A stretch of DNA of 64,000 nt. Origin: an uncultured delta proteobacterium (GTDB lineage Bacteria; Desulfobacterota; Binatia; HRBIN30; BPIQ01). Below are positions 46,601 to 62,745 of this stretch, one piece after another. The notes under the pieces are model-generated. The model was not told the origin of the DNA, made no database searches, and saw only the letters and a program-made list of their open reading frames with translations. The stretch spans positions 320,001-384,000 of the forward strand of contig CAVXGR010000016.1 of assembly GCA_963761335.1 (NCBI GenBank), read 5' to 3'. The position numbers and the translations under genes are program-made. Position 1 is the stretch's first letter, and each line of letters starts with the position of its first letter.

Positions 46601-48485
46601 CGAACGAGAGCCAGTCGGCCTGCATCGGCGGAGCGCCGACGACGAGGTCGGGCTGGATCGACGTCTGGACACGGACGACGCTCGGAGCGCCCAGCCGTTG
46701 TGAGCGGCCCTGCAGGTCGCCGGCGCGCAGCAGGCTGCCGGCGCGGATGCCGCGGTCGACCGCGGGTGTCAGGAAGCTCTGAACGCTGAATTGCTGGATC
46801 TGCTTCAAGGGGAACACCGCCGCCGCCTCGGTGCTGTCCGGATCGGCGCCGTAAACGAACACGAGACTCGAGTGATCGGTGCTGCGCGCCATCAGAAATG
46901 CCGCGATCTGCAGGTTGTAGTTGTTCGGCTTGATGTAGGAGCAGACGCCGTCCGAGGTACAGGACCCCATGCAGTCGCCGTCCGCAGTGCAAGCGTAGCC
47001 CGAGATCGCGCAGACGCTGCTCTTGCACGTGTCCGTGCAGTCGCCGTCTCGGCTGCACGAGGTCGAGGTGTCCGCGGTGGGCGCGGAGCTGAAGCGGCCG
47101 ATGGCCAAGCCGGCGAAGGACTTGTCGTGGTCGGTCGAGAACGGGTCATCCTGCGAGGTCATCGTCAGGTTGGCGTCGAAGGCGATCACCAGAACATTGT
47201 GGTCCGTCCCGCCGGAGATGGCGATCGCGACGTTGTCCCTGGCGGCCGACCAGTCCAACCTGCCGGCGGTGGCGTAGATCGAAGACGGAGTGCTGATGTG
47301 GCCGTGCGGTCCCAGGTTGTCGAGCTCGTGCTCGAACTTCGGCGAGAGCTTGTCGCCGGTCACCGAGGTGACGTTGCCCTGCGAGTCGGCGATTACGTCG
47401 TACGGCGTGAAGCTGTAGACCTCGGCGACGACCTTGCATTCCTTGCCGGAGTCTTCGTAGAGCGGAACGACGAGGAGCTCGTCGCCCCCGGTACCATCGT
47501 ACTGTCCCGCCGCCACCGCCATGGCCGGAGCTCGCAGCTCGCTGCCGTCCTGGTTGTTGTCGTTCTGGGTGCACTTGCCGCCGACGGTCACGATCGATCC
47601 GGTGGGTGCCGAGGGGGTGATCGTGGCGCTGGAGAGCACGATGTCAAAAGGATTGGCGCCCTCGCAGACCGTGTTGGCCACCGGACCGGGGCACACGGTC
47701 GCAAGATGGACCACGGGCGTATTCCCGCTGCTGAAGCCCGTGCCCATCCAGGCGACGTCGAGATTGCCGTCGTTGTTGAAGTCCCCGACCGTCGGATCGG
47801 CCATCGGCGTCAGCCCGCTACCCGTCTGCAGCGACGCCACGATGCTGACGCCGCTCGCCGGCGAGCTCGTGTCGTTCGCGGTCGCGATGTAGGTCCACTC
47901 GTCCGTGCTGATGAACAGATCGTCGAACCCGTCGCCGTTGAAATCGCCGACAGCGGTGTGCAGCCAGCGGTTGCGGACGTCGATCGACGCGATGGAGGTA
48001 TAGCGCCTTCCGGCTACGGGGTCGTCGATGTAGAAGGTCATGGTGCCCGCCTGCTGATTCGAGCAGTCGGTGCCGCCGGCGCCCTCTGTCGGCGCAAACG
48101 TCACGATCACGTCGTTTGGGAGATTGAACATGCGCATCGTCTGCGTCTGCTGCGGGAAGGGAACGCTCGAGGGGGAGTGCGCGACGCACGAGAGATCGAC
48201 AACTTTCTTCGCCGCTACGGTATCGGCTGTGCTGATCGTCATGTCGTCGGTGTCGAGACCGAAGTACTGCGCCTTCGTCTCCGTGCTCGAGATCGAAGCG
48301 GGGTCCGCAACGACCAGGTCGTCCGAGCGGACCAGATAGCTTGTCCCGCTCAACACGTCGTCGGTGTCGGCGACCGTCTGCGCCGTGGCGCGCGCCGCGC
48401 CCACCATCGCCGTGAACGCCAACGCCGAAATCACCAGCCAAACCACCCGGCGTCGACCCATCTCGCCCGGACCTCCTGATTCCAT
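43656..48485 (-). CDS. Giant secreted surface protein (FG-GAP/VCBS repeats, Cys-rich repeats, MYXO-CTERM-like anchor)
   Basis: Signal RRVVWLVISALAFTAMVGAARA; VGDFNGDGFDDL, VGDFNNDGNLDV; CxxDxDC repeats; C-terminal GDGCAI..GLIALLLFAALFSLLRSR. Alternative start at 48461. Confidence 0.8.
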   Translation of the reverse strand: MESGGPGEMGRRRVVWLVISALAFTAMVGAARATAQTVADTDDVLSGTSYLVRSDDLVVADPASISSTETKAQYFGLDTDDMTISTADTVAAKKVVDLSCVAHSPSSVPFPQQTQTMRMFNLPNDVIVTFAPTEGAGGTDCSNQQAGTMTFYIDDPVAGRRYTSIASIDVRNRWLHTAVGDFNGDGFDDLFISTDEWTYIATANDTSSPASGVSIVASLQTGSGLTPMADPTVGDFNNDGNLDVAWMGTGFSSGNTPVVHLATVCPGPVANTVCEGANPFDIVLSSATITPSAPTGSIVTVGGKCTQNDNNQDGSELRAPAMAVAAGQYDGTGGDELLVVPLYEDSGKECKVVAEVYSFTPYDVIADSQGNVTSVTGDKLSPKFEHELDNLGPHGHISTPSSIYATAGRLDWSAARDNVAIAISGGTDHNVLVIAFDANLTMTSQDDPFSTDHDKSFAGLAIGRFSSAPTADTSTSCSRDGDCTDTCKSSVCAISGYACTADGDCMGSCTSDGVCSYIKPNNYNLQIAAFLMARSTDHSSLVFVYGADPDSTEAAAVFPLKQIQQFSVQSFLTPAVDRGIRAGSLLRAGDLQGRSQRLGAPSVVRVQTSIQPDLVVGAPPMQADWLSFGDVGETEYCNPTPNDCPTSFSTSNICNCTDLASDTTCADGSPLRCLMNFSMLPSEYNSEYSFAESNQSSKSTTDMSSWSLGASVKLSEKTKSLTPTGIEFTQEVSFAASNTYDHSVSKTNSSYEGSSESVSAKTGLHDFIWYTSRDYNVYYYPVLGQTVCVDSCQDGTCSISTKVSCSTDADCPNDATTCPVADQQQLYVQYSGDTSVSSTYADDSGLEWYQPVHEPGQILSYPSSCAQLASRYGVNICDANGSGYSLLSEAASFKTDESDVSYSLNWSAGSGSSKTVSNGGQFSQSLTETMTASTPSLTSSVAGAKLSESISINANEALSTARTNSSSLDASTGITVGQPGTFLDPDKFAYFGQGYIFGSAPAPGTLQPLTPTSAEVQTNGVLRTAFTVDVKKEGSGSWWQTGAYNHYVDLALNRPVHLSAPPGKGSSDPSLTQCRPVSAANDVTADCISYDPADPTPQDLWSDGFYQMRGFFITPAATPSQGPQLEQANEGDLLSLQARVYNYSLQDMPQGTQIKVDFYAQPWDATCSAPAGYYNHSESCTQPGGAVISCQDSCDACCIANQAADSLFLGEDTLDPLPGFESANHPGQPNWALANTTFDTGDSSVCGSGGCGDKYFVFWVVTYLQGQDINGNPALVQELPDHSLTGIPGPLKSIADLCPKDNSCVNGSCRATRGACTADSDCPGAADNTCATNGTCAVSGRACTSNSDCGNCLCNTCIDEFSNNVGYYHVAFYVAPATTEASQLSVTGSAVLRPVAALVQGKLQLDRVSVTPEVVLPGQKTVVRAAMRALGNKIDGQVVRFYAIPPTAADMSPDEVIAKLPAFDEEVLSRIRSGRVSEAQVPFVPREIGRYQILATAVVDGRTAILGTADLDVGETPPPTPTATVPATTPTVPVPTATAGVPATGDGCAISDSSAHGSNGLIALLLFAALFSLLRSRGGRVEGGRVENPSSDGQRPAGQQRKRRSHVEP

Positions 48486-48688
48486 GGCTCCACTCCTCCC
48501 TTTCCCGACCCGGGTCGGCAGCCGCTGGGCAAAACAATTTGCCGGCAGGTCATTGATTGGCTGGCCGCCCCATCCCGGTCTGCTCGTGCAGGCGAGTGAT
48601 TCGTCCGTCCCCGCGATCTCGGTTTGTACGTTCCGCGACAGTATACCCCCCTGCAGCCCCAACTTCGAGGCACTTCTCTTTGCCCAAC

Positions 48689-48862
48689 ACGAAGAACTCT
48701 TTGCCGGGAGCGAAACATTGTGGTTTTCAGGAAGCGATATGGCTACGGTCGAGCGCAGAGTCGACCATGGGAACGTGGATTCAGGCCATCGTGCGTGCGT
48801 TGGGCGCGCAGGGCATCAATGGAACCGAGCTGGCGCTGCGGGCCGGCATCAGCCCGCGCTAG
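48689..48862 (+). pseudogene. Truncated AraC paralog (upstream region plus first ~30 codons)
   Basis: Encodes STMGTWIQAIVRALGAQGINGTELALRAGISPR*, nearly identical to the N-terminus of the AraC at 38428-39477; upstream gcgaaacattgtggtttt also shared; ends at the IS boundary. Confidence 0.85.
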
Positions 48863-50731
48863 GCCCAAAACAAGCGCCTGTGGATAACCAAATCGCCTCG
48901 CCGGCCCCTGCAGACCCGCGCGAGTGGCACTATGGTAACGTCCCTTGTAGTAAATGACTGATGACACCCATATGTTTGCTGCAACCTGCGCGGTGCAGCA
49001 CCGCAAGTGGGCAAATCGCCGCCCAGCGGGTAGTGACCTGCTTTCGTCCCATGCGATGCGAGGGGAAGAGCGGCCACATCGCGTGGTGTCGCTACGCTTC
49101 GCGCCATTGTCGAAAGTGCTGCAGGCCGTCGAGCAATACCGGCGCCCATGGCGTGTAGCTGAGAATCCGCAACACGGTGCGCCGTGCCGTGCTCAGCACC
49201 TGGCACGGGATCAGCATCACGCTGTTGAGAAAGCGGCGGAACTCCATGCGTCGGATCTCGCTGGCCGGTTCGCCCTTGGGCAGGAGCTGTCCGAGCCAGA
49301 TCTTCAGATTCCAGGCCAGAGCGCCGATCACCATGTAGGTCCAGTTCGACACCAGCGTGTCGGACGGCATACGCATCGCCTGCACGCCGTTCTTGAGCTG
49401 CTCGATGAGGTTCTCCTGATTGCAGCGGGCGTTGCTTTGAAAGACCACGTCTTCGGCCGAGAGCTCGGCCTTGCCGACGTTGGTGACGTAGAAGAAAAAG
49501 CGGCACTCGAAGAACAGCAATTGCTGACGCTCCTCGACCCGGATCAGCTTCTTGAGCACGACCACCCGGTAGCTGCGCTTGCAGGCCCCGGGCTGGTAGG
49601 TGAACTCCGCGATCTTTTCGTCGTCGCCCACCAGCTTGGTGTAGCCGCGCTCGTTGACGATCCGGTCCTTGACATTGTCCGGTCGTGCCCGCTCCCCGGT
49701 CGGCTCGTTGCCTGGACGCTCAAGCAGCTTCCACTCCTTGTCCGACAAGGCCCTGGCGCGATCCACCAGCGTATCGATACAGTCCATGCCAAAGACGAAT
49801 TGCACCGCGTCTTCGTGCCAGCGGTCGAAGTTGCGGGTCAGCGAAAAGTCCGTGTCCCCGCGCAGGCGCACCCGCTTGAAGCCGCCCCGACGCGCCAGAG
49901 CGATCGCGGCATCCATGTACTCGGCTGCGCCGTCGTGCGAGGGCCGGTTGCCCGAGCGATTGACCGTGAAGAGCACCTCCTGGGTATTGGCCAGGCTCAC
50001 CAGCAGCGGCGCGTATCCCCACTGCCCCTTGTAGCTCATGTCCATGCCCTCTTTGCACTGGCCGGCAGTCGGAGCAATGGTTCCGTCGCTGTCGATCAAT
50101 GCCAGCTTCCTGTCTTGCCGCGACAGCCCCTTCTTCCACACCCGCACGCGCGTCTCGTTGATGGCGCGTATCAGCGCCTTCACATTGTCGGCCTCGAATC
50201 GTCGCAGGAAGTCTCCGGCCGTGGTCGGATCCGGAACACGCTGGCAGCCCAATGTGTTCAGATACGCTTCGTCCTGACGCAGCCGCTCGAGATCCTCCAG
50301 ACGCGTGCCGCCCGACATGATGTTGTACGTCAGATTCAGCACGTGGTCGGACTCGTGATACGGGAAGTGTCGCTTGAACACCTCGACGTGGCGGTCGATG
50401 CTTTCGGCAAGACCGATCGAGCGCACCATTTCGTGGATCACTCCGATGCCGCCGCACGGTGTCGCTTGAATACGCGCCGACATCTCATAGCGTACATTGC
50501 TCCCGGCGATCATCGGTCGCGACAGGTCGTCCGGAATATTGTCGCGGTCCAACCGCGCCTGAATCCGCGCCCCTCGTTCCTCCAGCACCGCAGCATCCCG
50601 AACCCTCATCTGAAACCTCCCCACACCGCCTCATCTCGACCGCGTCAGACACAGAGATTAGCCTTGTGCGACAAGGGTTTCCAGCGACGTGCTGCGATTT
50701 TCCCATTCCCAGGTGCTTTTTCAGGGCCTAG
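48859..50731 (-). mobile_element. IS1380-family insertion sequence
   Basis: Imperfect TIRs ctaggcccaaaacaagcgcctgtg / (revcomp) ctaggccctgaaaaagcacctggg flank a full transposase; CTAG at both ends is either a TSD or part of the IR. Confidence 0.85.
49092..50624 (-). CDS. tnp: IS1380-family DDE transposase
   Basis: GGTRLEDLERLRQD, VPDPTTAGDFLRRF, IDSDGT, YKGQWGYAPL, RSGNRPSH, VRLRGDTDF, RCNQENLIEQLKNG; exact start uncertain. Confidence 0.9.
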   Translation of the reverse strand: MGRFQMRVRDAAVLEERGARIQARLDRDNIPDDLSRPMIAGSNVRYEMSARIQATPCGGIGVIHEMVRSIGLAESIDRHVEVFKRHFPYHESDHVLNLTYNIMSGGTRLEDLERLRQDEAYLNTLGCQRVPDPTTAGDFLRRFEADNVKALIRAINETRVRVWKKGLSRQDRKLALIDSDGTIAPTAGQCKEGMDMSYKGQWGYAPLLVSLANTQEVLFTVNRSGNRPSHDGAAEYMDAAIALARRGGFKRVRLRGDTDFSLTRNFDRWHEDAVQFVFGMDCIDTLVDRARALSDKEWKLLERPGNEPTGERARPDNVKDRIVNERGYTKLVGDDEKIAEFTYQPGACKRSYRVVVLKKLIRVEERQQLLFFECRFFFYVTNVGKAELSAEDVVFQSNARCNQENLIEQLKNGVQAMRMPSDTLVSNWTYMVIGALAWNLKIWLGQLLPKGEPASEIRRMEFRRFLNSVMLIPCQVLSTARRTVLRILSYTPWAPVLLDGLQHFRQWREA

Positions 50732-50740
50732 GCTCGTGCG

Positions 50741-52621
50741 GTGCGAGATCACCCGAACATCCTCTTCCTGATGACCGATCAGGAGCGCCATCCGGCGGTG
50801 TACGAGAGCGCCGCGGTGCGGCGCTTTCGCGACGAGCAGCTTCCGGCGCGCCAGTGGCTGCGGGAGAACGGGGTCGAGTTCGTGCATCACTATGCCGGCT
50901 CGACGGCGTGCTCGCCGAGCCGCCCGACGCTGTTCACGGGCCACTATCCGAGCCTGCACACGGTGACGCAGACCTCGGGGCTCGCCAAGCTCGACGGCGA
51001 TCCACGCCTGCGCTGGTTGCGGCCGCGCGACGTGCCGACCCTCGGCGACTGGTTCCGTGCCGCCGGATACGACACGGTTTACAACGGCAAGTGGCACATG
51101 TCCGAGGAGGACCTGCGCAACCCGGCCGGCAAGGCGCTGCGGACGCTGGACGATGCGGGGCGGGTGCTCGAGGACGGCGTCGCCGCCTACATCCGCGAGA
51201 ACCGACTCGACAAGTTCGGCTTCGCCGGCTGGGTCGGCCCCGAGCCGCATGGCCCCGAGATCGCCCGCTCCGGCAGTCGCGCCGACGTCTTCTTCGCCGG
51301 CCAATCGGTCGCCTGGCTCGAGGAGCGCGGCGCGCGGCGGGCACGCGGCGCGCCCGCCGCCGAGCGGCCGTTCCTGCTGGTGACGAGCTTCGTGAACCCG
51401 CACGACATCTGTCTCTGGCCGGGATGGGTGTTGAGACGGCCGACGCCCCTCTTCGACAAGACCGTGCCCGACATCGGATCGACGCCGACCGACGGCGAGA
51501 ACCTCGGCTCCAAGCCCGCCGCACAGCGTGGCTATCGCCAGGCCTACAAGCGAATGTACGGCCCGCCCTGGCTGATGGACACGCTGTACGATCGCCACCT
51601 CGACGCCTACAGGCGCTTCTATCACTACCTCCACAAGGTGGTGGACGTGCAGATCGGGAGGGTCCTGGAAGCGCTTCGCCGCAGCCCCTTCCTGGAGAAC
51701 ACGATCATCGTGTTCACCTCCGACCACGGCGAGCTGCTCGGCGCGCACGGCGGCATGCACCAGAAGTGGTTCAACATGTATGAGGAGACCGTCCGCGTGC
51801 CGCTGCTGATCCGCGACGCCGGCGACTCGGGACGAGTCGGCCGCGTCGAGACGGCGATCACCTCACACGTCGACCTGGTGCCGACCTTGCTCGGGCTGGC
51901 CGGCGTCGACGTCGCCGCGGCGCGGACGTCGCTCGAGGCGACCCACGCCGAGGTGCATGCGCTCGTCGGCCGCGACCTGAGCCCGCTGCTGCGCGGGACC
52001 GGCGAGCCGGTGTCCTCCGGTGACGACGCCGTCTACTTCATGACCGAGGACCAGATCGTCGAGGGGCGAGAGCAGACGGCCGCGATCGTCCGCAACCTTC
52101 CCGCCCTGGGGCGCTTTCTACCGAGCGCCTACGACTCGGTCCGCGACGGTCCGAGCTGCATCGAGGGCGTGGTGGCGTATCTCGACGCGGCACAGACGCC
52201 GGCGGCGCCGGCGACCGCCGGTGACCGGCGCCGCCGGCGCTGGAAGCTGGCGCGCTACTTCGACGACCCCGACGTCTGGTCGCATCCCGGGCGCTATGAC
52301 GAGTACTGCTATCAGGAGCCGCCGCGGGTGGGCGAGCTGGTGCGCCGCAGCGCGCCATTGGCGGACGAGCTCGAGCTCTACGACCTCGACGCCGACCCCT
52401 GCGAGGCGCGCAACCTCGCCGCCGACCCGGAGTATGCCGCCGTGCGCGAGGCGATGCTCGGGCTGCTGGCGTGCCAGCGGAAACAAAAGCGACTGGCACG
52501 TCGGCGACCGATCCCGTACGCCGATGTCGAGCCGCTGGCGGCGCCGCCGCAGCGGCTTCTGACGCTGCGCCAACCGCCGGCCTGGCTGGTCCGCCTGATC
52601 GACCGCGCCACCCGGCTGTAG
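50741..52621 (+). CDS. Cytoplasmic sulfatase-like hydrolase
   Basis: PNILFLMTDQER, CSPSRPTLFTG, GKWHM, FVNPHD, FTSDHGELLGAHGG, YEETVRVPL, ELYDLDADP; GTG start. Confidence 0.92.
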   Translation: MRDHPNILFLMTDQERHPAVYESAAVRRFRDEQLPARQWLRENGVEFVHHYAGSTACSPSRPTLFTGHYPSLHTVTQTSGLAKLDGDPRLRWLRPRDVPTLGDWFRAAGYDTVYNGKWHMSEEDLRNPAGKALRTLDDAGRVLEDGVAAYIRENRLDKFGFAGWVGPEPHGPEIARSGSRADVFFAGQSVAWLEERGARRARGAPAAERPFLLVTSFVNPHDICLWPGWVLRRPTPLFDKTVPDIGSTPTDGENLGSKPAAQRGYRQAYKRMYGPPWLMDTLYDRHLDAYRRFYHYLHKVVDVQIGRVLEALRRSPFLENTIIVFTSDHGELLGAHGGMHQKWFNMYEETVRVPLLIRDAGDSGRVGRVETAITSHVDLVPTLLGLAGVDVAAARTSLEATHAEVHALVGRDLSPLLRGTGEPVSSGDDAVYFMTEDQIVEGREQTAAIVRNLPALGRFLPSAYDSVRDGPSCIEGVVAYLDAAQTPAAPATAGDRRRRRWKLARYFDDPDVWSHPGRYDEYCYQEPPRVGELVRRSAPLADELELYDLDADPCEARNLAADPEYAAVREAMLGLLACQRKQKRLARRRPIPYADVEPLAAPPQRLLTLRQPPAWLVRLIDRATRL

Positions 52622-52897
52622 GCGTTCAGCGGACAAGTCTGCCTGAAGGTCCGCTTCGACGTAACACCGGAGTATCAGGGGCTCCCCGGGGGGTGAAGAT
52701 CGGCAACCTCGGCAAGCGCTCGAGGTGGCAGTACCGCCGGCGCCTTGAAACAGGAGGACTGACATCGCCGCGAAGATGCGCAAGGTGCCGTCATTCCGAG
52801 CGCCACCAAAGAATCCTCCCACGACGTGGCACGGGTCACAGTCGCTTGCGCTCTACCGCGGCAAGAATTTCCTTGCGCCGCAGCGGCGCCTTCGTCT

Positions 52898-53332
52898 ATG
52901 GTGCCGCCGCTTCAGATGACCACCAGGATGGGCGCGGAAAAGGAGACGGGCGGAAGGCGAGGCGCGACAGGCGCCGAGCCAACGCGGAAGAGCGGGAGAC
53001 GCACCTCTCGACGGCCTGCCCCGGCAACGTTCCACTATCCGACCTTCGACGCCGATTACCGGTTCGACGTAGACGGGCTCCTCGACATTCTCCGCGACCT
53101 GGGCTCTCTCCTTCCGCTCCGGGCCAGGCGCATTCATCGCGACCGCCTCGAGGTGATCGAGCGGCGGCTCAGAGATGCGGCGAGCGTGATCTGCGGCGCC
53201 GAGGACCGGCCGAAGTACGACACCGACGGAGTCGCCCCTCCGGTAAACAGAAATCGCCGGACGACTTCGCGACGCCGGGAGCAGGTTCCTCTCCTTCCAG
53301 ATCCTTCCACGAGAGGAACGGTGAGGTGGTGA
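52898..53332 (+). CDS. Hypothetical protein
   Basis: Open frame with a protein-like core (FHYPTFDADYRFDVDGLLDILRDL..LEVIERRLRDAASVI); no recognisable motif; start uncertain. Confidence 0.3.
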   Translation: MVPPLQMTTRMGAEKETGGRRGATGAEPTRKSGRRTSRRPAPATFHYPTFDADYRFDVDGLLDILRDLGSLLPLRARRIHRDRLEVIERRLRDAASVICGAEDRPKYDTDGVAPPVNRNRRTTSRRREQVPLLPDPSTRGTVRW

Positions 53333-53538
53333 GGAGCCCTCTTCCAACCAAATGCAGGCCCTCGAGCCCGTTGCCGCGGCGGACACCGAGTCTGTCAACC
53401 GTTGTCGGGTCTGTGTGCTACCAAGAGAGTTGAAATGAGGGGACCCACCAGCGGCGCAAGAGTCAAAGGCAACACGTGGGCAGCACTGCCAGGCCGCCAG
53501 CGGGCTCCCGTGGATGCATTGGGCAGCAGGCGACCTCG

Positions 53539-56412
<2,874 letters not shown>

Positions 56413-56426
56413 GCGCGGAGACCCCG

Positions 56427-56699
56427 ATGGTGCGAGAAAAAGAGGCCGAGTACCAGCGGCAGCTGGCGGATGCCAAGGAGTTCGTCGAGCGCTGGCGCCA
56501 CGCCGGGCCGGCGCTGGAGGAGCAACGTTGCCGGGAACTGCAAGAGCTGGACGATGAAGCCGCGCGCCGCATGACGCTCGACCTCTTTGACTTGTGGCGC
56601 CCGAGTGAGTTTGACGACTTGGGTGCCGGCTTGGTCGAGCAGCAGAAGGTCTTCGCAAAGCTGCGCCAGCGCGAGGCCGCCAAGGCGAGAAGCCGGTGA
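56427..56699 (+). CDS. Small helical protein, putative antitoxin/partner of the downstream nucleotidyltransferase
   Basis: GGAG RBS at 56417-20; FVERWRHAGPALEEQRCREL...GLVEQQKVFAKL; in frame with the Cas3 HD domain as assembled; its TGA overlaps the NTase GTG. Confidence 0.65.
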   Translation: MVREKEAEYQRQLADAKEFVERWRHAGPALEEQRCRELQELDDEAARRMTLDLFDLWRPSEFDDLGAGLVEQQKVFAKLRQREAAKARSR

Positions 56700-57285
56700 A
56701 AGCGCTGTTTGCCGCGGCCAAGGAGGTGTTTGACTGGCTGGATGGCCACGGCGTTCGAGGTTGTTTGATCGGTGGTCTCGTGGTGCAGCGCTGGGGGGAA
56801 CCCCGCCTGACTCATGACGTGGATCTGACTGTGCTGGGTGAGATCGGTGGCGAGGAGCGTATCATCGACATTTGCCTTGAAGGCTTTCGGGCCCGCATCG
56901 AGGACGCCCGCGCGTTCGCTTTGCGGCAGCGCGTCGTCCTCCTGTCTGCAAGCAATGGTGTGGAGGTGGACGTGGCCCTCGGGGCCACGTCCTTCGAGAT
57001 GGAATGCCTCGATCGTGCGACGCCCTACGAGTTTGAGCCAGGCTACACACTGCCCACCTGCTCCGCGGAGGACCTGATCATCCACAAGGTAGTTGCCGCT
57101 CGTCCGCAGGACATTCCCGACATCCGAGGGGTCGTGAACCGGCAGTTCCGTAATCTGGACCTCGCACGTATTCGGCATTGGTTGAAGGTGTTTGCCGAGG
57201 TGAAGGAAGATCCAGATTTGCCGCGGCCGTTCGAGGAAGCACAGAAGGCTGCAGAAGCCGCCGCTAGGAAGCGGAAGAAACCGAG

Positions 57286-57289
<4 letters not shown>
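56696..57289 (+). CDS. Nucleotidyltransferase (DUF6036/AbiEii-like)
   Basis: IGGLVVQRWGEPRLTHDVDL (GG...DxD), VDV, CSAEDLIIHKVVAARPQDIPDI. Confidence 0.82.
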
Positions 57290-62532
<5,243 letters not shown>

Positions 62533-62745
62533 TCGAGTGATCGCCGGTTGACTTTTCGATGATCCGATCATGAGGTCGCCGCGCGTTGCCGGCACATGCT
62601 GATGCAGCGGTCCGGCACCGAGCGCTTGGAGATGGGACGCCGATGGTCGGTTCCGCGCACGTCATGCGCGCCAGCGATTTGAGCCCTCGGGGGCACGTTG
62701 ACCGCCCGCGTCTGCATTGGATAGAAGAGTCGCTCCGAAAATCCC

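Noticed and set aside
52622..53538. Canonical CRISPR array upstream of cas3
   Set aside because: No three or more regularly spaced direct repeats visible on either strand; only the weak single candidate reported above.
62533..62745. CRISPR array or leader downstream of csb2
   Set aside because: No repeats seen and not AT-rich.
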